Notes: generated by a model from the letters alone, not told the origin. A stretch of DNA of 64,000 bases from Patescibacteria group bacterium (GCA_028715115.1 JAQUSN010000002.1:210816-274815), one strand, 5' to 3'; shown: positions 37,712-47,260, counted from the first letter of the stretch. Made by a program: numbers and translations.

Positions 37712-37750
37712 GAAAATAAAAAACTTTCGAGGCCTAACGGCCTCGAAAGA
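37712..37750 (-). terminator. Strong terminator after the DUF1015 gene (CTTTCGAGGCC TAAC GGCCTCGAAAG + T tract).
   Basis: 11 bp perfect stem. Confidence 0.65.
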
Positions 37751-37797
37751 AAATATATATTTTTTTATTACTTTCTATTAAATAGAAGCTTATTTGT

Positions 37798-39132
37798 TTA
37801 CGGCCTGATTTTGCGGCATTCTAAATAATAACGCTTTTCATCTGCTTCGCCGAGAGAAAAAGTTTTGCGCGGCAAAGCGCCGTCTAAAATAACCGTCTTA
37901 AATAAATCATGTTTATCCATGACCGGCAAATAAAAACCTAAATTTCCGCTCTTTCGCCCAAGCTTGGCCACGGCTTTGTCGCCATGCACATAATCAATTT
38001 TTGTTTCTTTATGTTTGACTAAATATTCATCCAAGAATGATTGCAGCGTCCCGACTTCAAGATTTAATTTAGGATTTTTTATTTGCAAAACGCCAAATTT
38101 TTTACCACTAACGAATTTTATCAGGTGTTCGCTCCCCTTCTTCGCTTTCCTTGTCGCCTGTTCAGCCGCTTTATCGGTTTTAAATAATTTATAATCCAGG
38201 GTTGATTTTTGCTTTTTGTAATAGTAGTCCATTTCTTTTAATAATCGTTCAAGGTTTACATTAAAGAGAACACGATGAATTGGTTCGAAAATTAAACCAG
38301 TATCGTGAATATTCAATACTTCAACTAAAGCATATCTGGCAGGATGGTTAACCAATTTAGATTTTGGCAAACGTTTCTTAAATAATTCCCAAGTAGCCTT
38401 GGCCGTGGCCAGAGAATGATTACCATCTCCGGCGGCAAAAAGCACTATTGGTTCGTTTTTTACGCCATACTTTCGGCTAAAAGACCTTTTATCGGCTAAT
38501 TTTTCCAGATTCTTAATAGTTTTTTCTATTATTTTTTCGTCATTTATCTTATAGCCCCTAAGGTGTCCTCCGCTAAACATTAAATTAAAATCATAAATCT
38601 TATTCCTATGCTTCAGGTTTTTAAATAGTGGTTCGACGACGGTTTTCTTGGGGTCATCGATTAAAATCAGGATATGCGGCAATTCTATCAGCGCTTCTTT
38701 ACGAATGGCAATTCGCGGCGGCAAACGATTTAAAACCGTGCCTTCGGTGCAACGAATTAAACTCTTGGCGCCCTTATGATAATTATAATTCTCTAAATCA
38801 AGAGCCATAATCAAACCTTTGCGCGATTTTACCTCGTTAGTCTTGCGGTCAACTAAGACAAAACATTTTTCCGGTGTTAATACGGTCTGTAAATATTTTT
38901 TCATCTGCGCTTTTATGCGCTTAATTCTTTCTTGCTTACCTGGCGCCTCCAAGTATACTTCCGGAAAAATGATATTTAAAGTCGAAGGATTTGACCCGAC
39001 TATTTTTTTAACCTTTTGCCAATATTCCGGTTCGGAAGTATATTGATCGCAGGCCACGACCGACCACTTGCGCAAATCAACATTTTTAGGCAACAGGATT
39101 TCTGGAACAAGAACGCCGATTTTGTTTTTCAT
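37798..39132 (-). CDS. DUF1015-like family protein.
   Basis: 444 aa with CDQY and GDGNHS motifs that I associate with DUF1015. Moderate call. Confidence 0.45.
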   Translation of the reverse strand: MKNKIGVLVPEILLPKNVDLRKWSVVACDQYTSEPEYWQKVKKIVGSNPSTLNIIFPEVYLEAPGKQERIKRIKAQMKKYLQTVLTPEKCFVLVDRKTNEVKSRKGLIMALDLENYNYHKGAKSLIRCTEGTVLNRLPPRIAIRKEALIELPHILILIDDPKKTVVEPLFKNLKHRNKIYDFNLMFSGGHLRGYKINDEKIIEKTIKNLEKLADKRSFSRKYGVKNEPIVLFAAGDGNHSLATAKATWELFKKRLPKSKLVNHPARYALVEVLNIHDTGLIFEPIHRVLFNVNLERLLKEMDYYYKKQKSTLDYKLFKTDKAAEQATRKAKKGSEHLIKFVSGKKFGVLQIKNPKLNLEVGTLQSFLDEYLVKHKETKIDYVHGDKAVAKLGRKSGNLGFYLPVMDKHDLFKTVILDGALPRKTFSLGEADEKRYYLECRKIRP

Positions 39133-39175
39133 TTTTTAAATCTAAATTAATTATTAACGAACTACTGTTAAATTA

Positions 39176-39562
39176 TTAAAAAATATTATTATCTGAATGG
39201 TGATTGTCGGGGTGATCATTCGTCGTATCGCTTTCTCCCCAGGTAGAAGAAATTTTTTCGGCAATTAATTCATATGTCTTGATTTCTTCCTCTGATGCGG
39301 CTTGTACGATCATGTTGGTTAATTTGTGGCGGACAAAGGCTTGCGGACGCTGCATATCTGGATCGTAATCTTTAAAATCACATATTTCAGTTATGATGTC
39401 TATGAATGCTTGTTTTTTACTATTATCAATATTTGAATCTTGCACAAATTTAATCAACCCTCCCTTCAATTCTCTTACCCTGTCCATGAATTGTTCGTTC
39501 GGATTCTTTGGCGCCTCAGCTGACGGTATAACTTCGCCAATACCCGGTATTTTTTCAATCAT
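39176..39562 (-). CDS. Hypothetical protein.
   Basis: 128 aa, acidic. No family. Confidence 0.3.
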   Translation of the reverse strand: MIEKIPGIGEVIPSAEAPKNPNEQFMDRVRELKGGLIKFVQDSNIDNSKKQAFIDIITEICDFKDYDPDMQRPQAFVRHKLTNMIVQAASEEEIKTYELIAEKISSTWGESDTTNDHPDNHHSDNNIF

Positions 39563-39741
39563 TTTTTATAAGCGTTAACAAAGGTCAACTTGATATTGTA
39601 GTTTAAGCTTATTAATAATACATTAATACTATAACAAATCTAACCGATAATATAAGACTTAAGCTGTTGATTAACTTTATGAGAGATAAAAAACTGGCTC
39701 ATTATAAGGGTCAGTTTTTGAGTATATATCGTAATCTATTT

Positions 39742-40164
39742 CTAAATCTGGGTCAAGTCGCCATTAAGCACTACGTCAACCATGGCCTTAATTTCATCAA
39801 CGTAAGAAACGTTTTCCGGAATCGGGTTTAATAAAAACACTTTCTTATTATTGACGTAAGCAAAGCCGATTTCCATTAAAGTATTGCCGCCGATATAATT
39901 TTTAATACCGTTTTTATCAAAGTTACAAACTAAAAGTGCGTCACCCGATAAAATTATATCATACCAGGCCTTAATGTAATTATATTTTCTTTTTATCTCT
40001 GCATGCTCGCGACCGTCATCGCACAGAAGTTCCGGTGCATCGCCGCGAACAATACCAAAAACATCGCTATGCATTAATGGCTCATGGCCCATGGCTTTAA
40101 GCTTATTATAAACCTCAACCAACTTGTTAGCGCAAGCCATGCTGCCATTCACGGTTATTTTCAT
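39742..40164 (-). CDS. Nucleoside 2-deoxyribosyltransferase-like (Rossmann-like) protein. The N-terminus overlaps the next gene.
   Basis: Pattern ..GD.LLVC..GGNTLMEIGFA.. resembles NDT-like folds. Weak call. Confidence 0.3.
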   Translation of the reverse strand: MKITVNGSMACANKLVEVYNKLKAMGHEPLMHSDVFGIVRGDAPELLCDDGREHAEIKRKYNYIKAWYDIILSGDALLVCNFDKNGIKNYIGGNTLMEIGFAYVNNKKVFLLNPIPENVSYVDEIKAMVDVVLNGDLTQI

Positions 40165-40597
40165 GGGGTATAATATTTAGTTTTTTAAAAAAATATTCCC
40201 AAACATTTTGTAAATTTAATTTTCCCATTTCTTCTAAAGTATACCAGCCAATCGATTTTGTTTCTATTTTATTTTGCATTACCTCTCCTTCTGTGTCGCA
40301 TTCATATACGCGCCAATAATGAACTTCTATTCCTTTACTACAGGTATCCCAATCTAATTCTTCTTCCAATAATAATTTGTAATTTTTTACTTTTAATCCG
40401 CTTTCTTCCTCAACTTCACGAACCAAAGATTGTTCTGGCGTTTCGCCTTGATCAACATGGCCGGCCACGCAGGCAAAACCAAACGGAGTTTTCATGCGAT
40501 CGATTAACAAAAACTTTCCGCCTCGTTTAATCAAAGCACCAACTGAATAATGCTTGGACTTACCGTTGGCCGCTGTGTCTAAAATTGGACTAGACAT
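40127..40597 (-). CDS. NUDIX hydrolase.
   Basis: Nudix box GHVDQGETPEQSLVREVEEESGL. Confidence 0.7.
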   Translation of the reverse strand: MSSPILDTAANGKSKHYSVGALIKRGGKFLLIDRMKTPFGFACVAGHVDQGETPEQSLVREVEEESGLKVKNYKLLLEEELDWDTCSKGIEVHYWRVYECDTEGEVMQNKIETKSIGWYTLEEMGKLNLQNVWEYFFKKLNIIPHENNREWQHGLR

Positions 40598-40601
40598 AAA
40601 C

Positions 40602-41213
40602 TTATTTAATTTTAAGCGAAGAAACCATTAGTTCGATGGGTTGATTAATGGTTATGGTACGGTCGAGATTTCTACATTCGGTTTCAAATTGTGTTTCGCA
40701 ATATGCCCCGCAACTACCATCGCCACAACCAAGATGAGACCAAACCACAAAATATAAAACATAAAATTTTTGGTGCTTCTGGGCCACGTAGCAATAAGTA
40801 TTATATAACGAACCAGCGCCAGCATCCGAACCCTTCCAAAATTGATAACTGATTTTATTAATAGTCACGTCTTGTTCGACGCTGCCGGTCGGAAGCTCCG
40901 GACAACCGATCTTTAAGGCGTCTTGGCTGCTTTGGACGATTGTTAATTTTGGCGGCCAGGATTGCGCTCGCCAAACATTAGCGCCAAAAGTAGCTGGATA
41001 GCGAAAAGTAGTGCCGTTAATGTTGTCGAGATATGTCAGCCAATCACTGGGAATTTTATAGGCTGGATTATTTGGTTGGTAATTAACGATAAATTTAGTC
41101 GCCAATAAGAGCAAAATGGCGAAAACAATAACAATGATAATCCAAATGATTCTTTTTTTCATAAAATTAAATTTATATATTAAAATTATATCTTGATATA
41201 ATTTTACTGTCAA
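40602..41213 (-). CDS. Hypothetical secreted/TM-anchored Cys-rich protein.
   Basis: N-terminal TM helix. C-terminal CGDGSCGAYCETQFETEC. Confidence 0.35.
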   Translation of the reverse strand: MTVKLYQDIILIYKFNFMKKRIIWIIIVIVFAILLLLATKFIVNYQPNNPAYKIPSDWLTYLDNINGTTFRYPATFGANVWRAQSWPPKLTIVQSSQDALKIGCPELPTGSVEQDVTINKISYQFWKGSDAGAGSLYNTYCYVAQKHQKFYVLYFVVWSHLGCGDGSCGAYCETQFETECRNLDRTITINQPIELMVSSLKIK

Positions 41214-41229
41214 TATATTAAAATATCTT

Positions 41230-41263
41230 TAAAAAATAAAGGCGGCGCTTGCGCACCGCCTCG
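41230..41263 (-). terminator. Terminator of the GC-rich pyr island (GGCGGTGCGC AAGC GCGCCGCC + T tract on the minus strand).
   Basis: GC-rich hairpin directly after the PRTase stop. Confidence 0.55.
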
Positions 41264-41282
41264 GTTACTGACACCTTCCTGC

Positions 41283-42026
41283 CTACTGCCTTGTCTTGGC
41301 CATGGCCTCCATCAGTCGAGGCCACTCTGCCTTCGGTTTCAAGATCACGTTGCCGGCTGCGATGTCAGCCGCAACTGCCGGATCGTCCTGCTTCCACTGC
41401 TCGGTTGGCTTATTGACCAGAGCCACAACCGGCCTCTTTTCCCATTCCATTTTACCGGAACGGTTCAAGAAACAACCAACCCCAACCAGTCTTGCGCCGG
41501 TAGTCCCAATCGCAGCAGCGGCCTGACCGGTAGTAGAGTAGTTATTGCAGACATCTTCCACCAACAGGCATGGCGCATCGCGACCGATGTCATGACGCGA
41601 CAGAACCAGTTCGGACTGCTCGCGGCTCGTACCGGTAGCCAAGGCCGTCACCCTCTTCTCCAGGAAGGCAAACCGCTTACGCAGCGCCATCGCTACCAAA
41701 GCGGCCAATACGATACCTCCCATAGGTGCACCAATGACGACGTCGAATTGCGAATCGAAATCGCCATGACGCAACTCAAAGCCCAGTCTCTCGGCTTCTT
41801 GTCGAAGAACGTTGGGGTCTTGCTCGAGTGTAGCAACGTTGAAGTAAACGTCGCCGACATACTGCAGTTTCTGCCCATCAGATCCCTCGTAACGGCCAGC
41901 ATAACCGACTAGAGGTCCGAGACGCTTGCCGGTTATGGGGTCTCTTGGACAGGCATAGTAGCCACCCGCGGCATGAAGTATATCTAGCGGATCACTTGCC
42001 GGACCTATTTCTTCCATTTCATTCAC
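41283..42026 (-). CDS. Type I phosphoribosyltransferase, orotate phosphoribosyltransferase-like. GC-rich.
   Basis: PRPP-binding motif LLVEDVCNNYSTTGQAA. Directly downstream of pyrF. Confidence 0.5.
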   Translation of the reverse strand: MNEMEEIGPASDPLDILHAAGGYYACPRDPITGKRLGPLVGYAGRYEGSDGQKLQYVGDVYFNVATLEQDPNVLRQEAERLGFELRHGDFDSQFDVVIGAPMGGIVLAALVAMALRKRFAFLEKRVTALATGTSREQSELVLSRHDIGRDAPCLLVEDVCNNYSTTGQAAAAIGTTGARLVGVGCFLNRSGKMEWEKRPVVALVNKPTEQWKQDDPAVAADIAAGNVILKPKAEWPRLMEAMAKTRQ

Positions 42027-42050
42027 CTCCTTTCATTGGTGAGTTTGGAG

Positions 42051-42953
42051 TTATACGTGCTCGTCGCCAGCGGGAAAAGGAATGTCGCCGCCAGCCGCCC
42101 TGATCTGATCGCGTAGCTTCTCGGCTTCTGCGGCCGGATCGCTGGCGAAGATGATGCCGGACGATGAGTTGATGGTGATGGAACCGGGTCCTGCGAAAGC
42201 AGCCTTGACCGTCTCTTCGACGAATCCCTTCTGCGTTCCGATGCCCGGAATGAGCATCCACATCTCGTTGCCCACGATCTCCCTACATCTTGAAAGGTGC
42301 CAGAAGTAGACCTTGGACTCGTCGCTCGGATCCTTGTGAGCCGCGCCCATGACTACGCCGGCATTCTCGATGACCCCCAGCTCTTTCGACCACTGAAGCA
42401 GATTCTGGACCATGAACTCCCAGAAACGCAGACCGCTCTCCATCTTCGCATCCTAGATAACCCAGGCTTCTTTGTTGCTGGTCCGACCGAGGCCGACTAG
42501 TGCTCGACCCGGACGCTTTTCGTCGATCAGCGACATGAGCGTATCCTTGCCCATGTATCCGACGAAGTTCATCCCATCGGCGTTTTCGAGGCCGAGGTGA
42601 GTATTGCCGTAGAGCCTCTGAGTACGATCGATGTCGCCCCTCTTGCAGTCAACCATCACCGGAATGTCCGGATGATTCGCGTGGATGTAGCCGATGAGCA
42701 TCTTGAGAACCCCAAGCCCATCGGGAATTGCCTCCCAGTGAGCGTGCTGGAACTTGAACATCGACGCAGCGTGTTCGGTATCATCGATGACGCCCATCAT
42801 CCACAGATAGAGAGCGACATGCACAGCACATCCCATCTCCAGGAACCTGGACGGCATCCTCTCGATCAGCGGATCGAGGCCGACACAGACGAGGGAGTTT
42901 GCCCTCTTCTGCCTTTCTGTTAGCTTCTTGCGGAACCGTCTGTCTTCTGCCAT
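42051..42953 (-). pseudogene. pyrF: Orotidine-5'-phosphate decarboxylase (type 2 PyrF) interrupted by an in-frame TAG at 42444-42446.
   Basis: The upstream part has VCVGLDP and MVDCKRGDI (D-x-K-x-x-D). The downstream part has LIPGIGTQ. The two track ORFs (42453..42953 and 42051..42443) are in the same frame, separated by a single amber codon. Confidence 0.65.
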
Positions 42954-43034
42954 TACGAACTCCTTTGTGTTTGGTGTTTTTCCTAAAGAACAAGAGGCTA
43001 AGCCCTCCTAGCAGCTTTGCCCCCTCTATAATTA

Positions 43035-43063
43035 CATTATCCTGCTTTTTCTAGTTTTGTCAA
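43035..43063 (-). promoter_or_regulatory. Promoter TTGACAAAACTAGAAAAAGCAGGATAATG (minus strand) for the pyrF/PRTase island.
   Basis: Family consensus. AAGGAG ribosome-binding site before the pyrF ATG. Confidence 0.4.
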
Positions 43064-43108
43064 TAATAAAAAATACCCCTATATTAAAAAGGTATTTTAA
43101 AGTTTAAT

Positions 43109-43615
43109 TTATAATAGATCCTTGACTCTCTCGAAATCATTTCTGAATCCTTCACAAAACTTATCATGATTTTCTTTCGTCCCCTGTTCTATCTCGTTAA
43201 ATGTCATTCTGCTATAAGAAACCAATTCATGATTAAGCTTCGGTTCCTGGTCTGTCTCGGCTAAAAATACGCCGCAAAAAATCTTAAACCTTTTTCCATT
43301 ATATTCATTCTCTTGATAAAACTTATCGAGCATTTTTAGCTCGCAGTCGATGCCCAATTCTTCCATTAATTCTCTTTTTGCCGCGGTTTCATAATCTTCA
43401 CCGGCATCAACGTTGCCAAAGGCAGATAAATCGTATTTATCGGCGTCTAGTTTTTTATGAGAAGCGCGCTTGCTGACTACAAATCTGTTGTTCGAATCGC
43501 GCACAAAAATAGCCACAACTCGGGAAATAAAATTAAGTTCTGGCTTTTTACTTTTTAATTCCTTGCCGATCACCTCGTCGTTTTCATCCACTACGTCTAC
43601 ATAATGATCTGCCAT
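43109..43615 (-). CDS. NUDIX hydrolase.
   Basis: Nudix box GNVDAGEDYETAAKRELMEELGI. Confidence 0.7.
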   Translation of the reverse strand: MADHYVDVVDENDEVIGKELKSKKPELNFISRVVAIFVRDSNNRFVVSKRASHKKLDADKYDLSAFGNVDAGEDYETAAKRELMEELGIDCELKMLDKFYQENEYNGKRFKIFCGVFLAETDQEPKLNHELVSYSRMTFNEIEQGTKENHDKFCEGFRNDFERVKDLL

Positions 43616-43627
43616 AATTGTTGAAAA

Positions 43628-44044
43628 TTAAAATTCTTTACTCATATAATACCAATCGTGATTATAATAATAATCTAATAACACTGCATCTTTCTTATAT
43701 CCGCTCTTTTCATAAAACCTAATCGTATCTACGAAGACTGACGGTACTTTAATTACTGATTTCTTACAATTATTGTCGTTCGCCCATTTTTCAATATATT
43801 TAAGCAAATTAGTGCCAATACCCTTACCGGTTAATTCGTTTTTGACCAGGATATCTCTTATTTCGACCACGCCCCCTCTAAGTTCAACTTTAGCATAAGC
43901 TGATAAATTTTTATCAACATAAACTCCAAAGAAAAATGTTTCCTTTGGAGGCAAAAGATTATATTTTTTATTTATGACTTCCCATTCTTTGTCGAAAAAT
44001 TCTTTAATTTCCGTTGCATTAATTTGCTGTATTCGAATATCCAT
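43628..44044 (-). CDS. GNAT family N-acetyltransferase.
   Basis: Motif A (LTGKGIGTNLL) and a GNAT fold pattern. Confidence 0.7.
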   Translation of the reverse strand: MDIRIQQINATEIKEFFDKEWEVINKKYNLLPPKETFFFGVYVDKNLSAYAKVELRGGVVEIRDILVKNELTGKGIGTNLLKYIEKWANDNNCKKSVIKVPSVFVDTIRFYEKSGYKKDAVLLDYYYNHDWYYMSKEF

Positions 44045-44109
44045 TTCAATTAAATAAATTTATATCATTGGCAAAACTGCGAGGCTTGGATTCCCGGCCC
44101 AAGGCCGAT

Positions 44110-44203
44110 CGGAGTCTAATCTGGGAGACCTGGATTCGAACCAGGATAGACAGATCCAGAGTCTGCCGTCCTACCGTTAGACGATCTCCCAGATTAGACT
44201 CCG
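44110..44203. repeat. 19 nt inverted repeat (CGGAGTCTAATCTGGGAGA / TCTCCCAGATTAGACTCCG) enclosing tRNA-Gln. It extends the acceptor stem by 11 bp.
   Basis: The arms are perfect reverse complements, at 44110-44128 and 44185-44203. Confidence 0.6.
44121..44191 (-). tRNA. tRNA-Gln (anticodon CTG). No encoded CCA.
   Basis: U1:A72 and G73 as in bacterial tRNA-Gln. T arm CCTGG-TTCGAAT-CCAGG identical to E. coli tRNA-Gln. Anticodon loop CTCTGGA. Confidence 0.7.
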
Positions 44204-44212
44204 CTATACAAT

Positions 44213-44238
44213 ATTCTAACATTCTTAAGAATGTTAGA
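44213..44238. terminator. Perfect 26 nt palindrome TTCTAACATTCTT|AAGAATGTTAGAA, just downstream of the dnaX stop and upstream of tRNA-Gln.
   Basis: Perfect inverted repeat. It shares the 13-mer AAGAATGTTAGAA with the dispersed element. Confidence 0.45.
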
Positions 44239-44264
44239 ATATTATTTTATGAAAAAAATAAAGT

Positions 44265-45350
44265 TTATGAGCAAATTTTAATAACAGCCAGTTCTAGCGG
44301 CAGCTGAGGAATCTTGGCGTATGATAATTCTTGCTGCACGGAAATAAATTGTTCAATCATCAATATCAAAGCGTTCTGCTCAAATTTATTCGCAAAATCT
44401 CTTACTTTTTCTTGAACCTCATTGTCTAAATATTGTAAAATCCTTTCTTGATCAGCACCAACTTTAACTAATAAAACTTTTCGCAAAAATTCTATCAAAT
44501 CCTTGGTAAATTGTTCTAAATCAACGCCCTCTTCAAGTAATTTATTTATCAATCCTATCGCCTCTTTCTTATCTTTAGAGGCCAGTAATTTAACAAAATT
44601 AACTATTAGATTCAACTTAGTCGAAGGAATGACGAGTGACGCTTCTTCCATAGTAATTTCTTGGTCGTCAAATGTAAAAATCTGCGATAGCAAACTTTCG
44701 GCATCGCGCACACTGCCTTCAGAACGTTGGGCAATAATTTTTAAAACTTCTGACTCTATTTTAACCTTTTCACTTTTAGCGATTTTAGCCAAACGTTCGA
44801 CAATTTTATCTAAATCAACCTTGGTTAAATCAAATCTCTGGCAGCGCGAAATAATCGTATCTGGAACTTTATGGATTTCGGTCGTGGCTAAGATGAAAAT
44901 AATATATGACGGCGGCTCTTCCAGCGTCTTCAAGAGCGCGTTAAAGGCCGCGGTCGAAAGCATGTGAACTTCGTCGATGATAAAAATTTTATATTTTCCT
45001 CTCGATGGCGGCACGCGCGTGCCGGCGATAATGTTCTCGCGAACATTGTCCACGCCTGTTTGCGAAGCGGCATCCATTTCAATTAAATCAAAAAATTTAC
45101 CCTGCATTAATTCCAAACAATTGGAACATTTATTGCATGGCTCACTCTCGCCTTTCTTGCGATTCTCACAATTAACCGCTTTGGCCACTAAGCGCGCCAA
45201 GGTTGTTTTACCTAAACCTCGAGGACCGGTTAAAAGATAAGCATGAGCTAAGCGTTCTTGCTTAATCTCATTTTCCAAAGTTCTAATAACGTGTTCTTGG
45301 CCAATAACCTCGCTAAAGTTTTGTGGACGATATTTACGATAAATTACCAT
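44265..45350 (-). CDS. dnaX: DNA polymerase III subunit gamma/tau (short form).
   Basis: AAA+ clamp-loader motifs (LLTGPRGLGKTT, DEVHML, SRC-like) and a zinc module CNKCSNC. Confidence 0.85.
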   Translation of the reverse strand: MVIYRKYRPQNFSEVIGQEHVIRTLENEIKQERLAHAYLLTGPRGLGKTTLARLVAKAVNCENRKKGESEPCNKCSNCLELMQGKFFDLIEMDAASQTGVDNVRENIIAGTRVPPSRGKYKIFIIDEVHMLSTAAFNALLKTLEEPPSYIIFILATTEIHKVPDTIISRCQRFDLTKVDLDKIVERLAKIAKSEKVKIESEVLKIIAQRSEGSVRDAESLLSQIFTFDDQEITMEEASLVIPSTKLNLIVNFVKLLASKDKKEAIGLINKLLEEGVDLEQFTKDLIEFLRKVLLVKVGADQERILQYLDNEVQEKVRDFANKFEQNALILMIEQFISVQQELSYAKIPQLPLELAVIKICS

Positions 45351-45498
45351 AGTATAGAAAATAGAAGTTAGAAAACAGAAAATAGAATAATGCCGTTAAT
45401 CACCAGTCACCAATGCCCAATTTCCAAAATAATTTATAAAAATTCTTAAAAAAAATTATTCGCAATTCGTTTAAAACTAGTAATTATTAGGAAAGGCA

Positions 45499-46686
45499 TC
45501 AGTCACCGCTGCAGTTGGTACAATTACTGCAAAATGCTTTTGATTGATATCGACGACAAAGAGCGCAAACTTCGCAAGATTGAAGAGCGCGTTTATAAAC
45601 ACGGACTTCATCTTCTAGACCGTTGGAGTAATAACCACCTGAGTACGTTCCTATATTAGTGCTACTGCCGGTTATTAATGATCCTGAAACATTTTGCTGT
45701 GTTGTTTGCGAAGCATCAATATAGGCAGTCAATTTTGAACCGTTATAAGTAAAGCTTAAAAAATGCCAATTACCATCTGTCAAACCAGATCCCGAATTAA
45801 ATACTTGTCTACTCATCGTATTAGTAGTTACGCCGGTTCTAATCTGACCGCCAGAATCAGGAACGCTATTTTCGATTTGTGTACCTTGCATAAAAATAAT
45901 ATGATAACCACTTGCCGGGACTCCTAATCTTTTAAACCAACCAATCACAGATACATATTCAGGTGGGTTTACCGGATTAACCTTTACATAATTGCTTGTT
46001 CCATTAAAACTTAAACAATTGCCAGAGATACAATTTGATGTTTGCCAAGTCGGACCAGCTGCCGGGCAAGTACTAGCATCACACAATTGTCCGTTATTGG
46101 CATAGGCAGATGAATCATTAGCATCAGTTCCGCTGCCTTCATTAAAGTGCCAATCACCCACAATTGAGGTGTCTTGGTATTGCTGTTGGTTGGTCATAAT
46201 CTGATTTAAGGTCGTATTGGTCAAAGAGATTTGACTGGTTTGAGCTCCGGCAGATTTGTAGATCTCATAGTAGCTTGAAGCAGTGCCGTTGTCGCTTGAG
46301 GCAGAAGCGGTATCTCGTTCCAGATAGACAGCTAACTTGTAATTGATGCCAGTTGAATCAGAAATATAGTAATAGCAGTATTTGGAAGAATTGGGGTCAG
46401 TGGGCAAAGAAGAAAGATAGGTGGAATTAATCAGAGCAGTAATTAAAGGATTGTAAGGGTCTGAAGTACAACCTCCTGAAGCCCAAATGGGATAAACCCC
46501 ATTAGTATTAAGATAAAGATCAAGTGTTTTAGAGAATTGGTTTAAGTCCCCTATTCTTCGCACATCCCTGGCTTTGGCCGAAGCTGTAGAAACAGAGGTT
46601 AAGGCAATAGCTGAGAGAAGACCGATAATGGCGACTACGACCAGGAGTTCGATCAAGGTGAAGCTTCTGCGAGAACGGCTAGACAT
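45499..46686 (-). CDS. Type IV pilin-like protein (prepilin N-terminal methylation motif) with a C-terminal LamG/concanavalin-like domain.
   Basis: SFTLIELLVVVAIIGLL class III signal. A LamG-like region (DWHFNEGSG..NCLSFNG..) and a Cys-rich C-terminus. Confidence 0.7.
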   Translation of the reverse strand: MSSRSRRSFTLIELLVVVAIIGLLSAIALTSVSTASAKARDVRRIGDLNQFSKTLDLYLNTNGVYPIWASGGCTSDPYNPLITALINSTYLSSLPTDPNSSKYCYYYISDSTGINYKLAVYLERDTASASSDNGTASSYYEIYKSAGAQTSQISLTNTTLNQIMTNQQQYQDTSIVGDWHFNEGSGTDANDSSAYANNGQLCDASTCPAAGPTWQTSNCISGNCLSFNGTSNYVKVNPVNPPEYVSVIGWFKRLGVPASGYHIIFMQGTQIENSVPDSGGQIRTGVTTNTMSRQVFNSGSGLTDGNWHFLSFTYNGSKLTAYIDASQTTQQNVSGSLITGSSTNIGTYSGGYYSNGLEDEVRVYKRALQSCEVCALCRRYQSKAFCSNCTNCSGD

Positions 46687-46723
46687 AAAATTAAATTATG
46701 AACAAAATATCATATAATAATAT

Positions 46724-47260
46724 TTATATCACATATAGGTAGACTGGTTTGTCTTGCGGCGTGGGCCGAATAATTTTTATCGGCGTCAGAGCTTTAATTT
46801 GAAAACAAATAGAGACAACGCGTGTACCGGGCTTTAAATTAGATAATAATTTTGGTCCTAAACGATCCATCAAAGCCGGCATTAAAAAAAGCGCTACGGC
46901 GGTCGCGTCAGAATAATCGGCTTTTAAAATATCGCCACATCTAACTTGCGCTAATTTATCTAAACCTAAAAATTTAATTCGCCAATTAGCGTAGATACAC
47001 AACCACCAAACCAATTCAATGCCTCTTGCTTTAACGTGATATTTTTTAGCCGCTTCAATGGTTATTCGTCCGTCTCCACAGCCTAAATCGTAAAAAATAT
47101 CATTTGGCTGAAGTTCCAGCGCTTCAAGAGCTCGATCAATGTATTTTTTCATCAGCGGTATCCAAGGTGTGGCAAAACTAAGCCCAAGAAATAATAAAGA
47201 AAAAAATACAAAGGCTAGGAATAAAATTATTATCAGTAGAATCGTTAAAAAAATAAGCAT
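46724..47260 (-). CDS. Class I SAM-dependent methyltransferase with an N-terminal TM helix.
   Basis: Motif I DLGCGDGRITIEA. Confidence 0.6.
   Translation of the reverse strand: MLIFLTILLIIILFLAFVFFSLLFLGLSFATPWIPLMKKYIDRALEALELQPNDIFYDLGCGDGRITIEAAKKYHVKARGIELVWWLCIYANWRIKFLGLDKLAQVRCGDILKADYSDATAVALFLMPALMDRLGPKLLSNLKPGTRVVSICFQIKALTPIKIIRPTPQDKPVYLYVI

Noticed and set aside
45351-45498. A/G-rich imperfect tandem (AGAAAATAGAAGTTAGAAAACAGAAAATAGAATAA) upstream of dnaX.
   Set aside because: Too short and too degenerate to call a repeat array or regulatory site. It is probably low-complexity AT-rich spacer.
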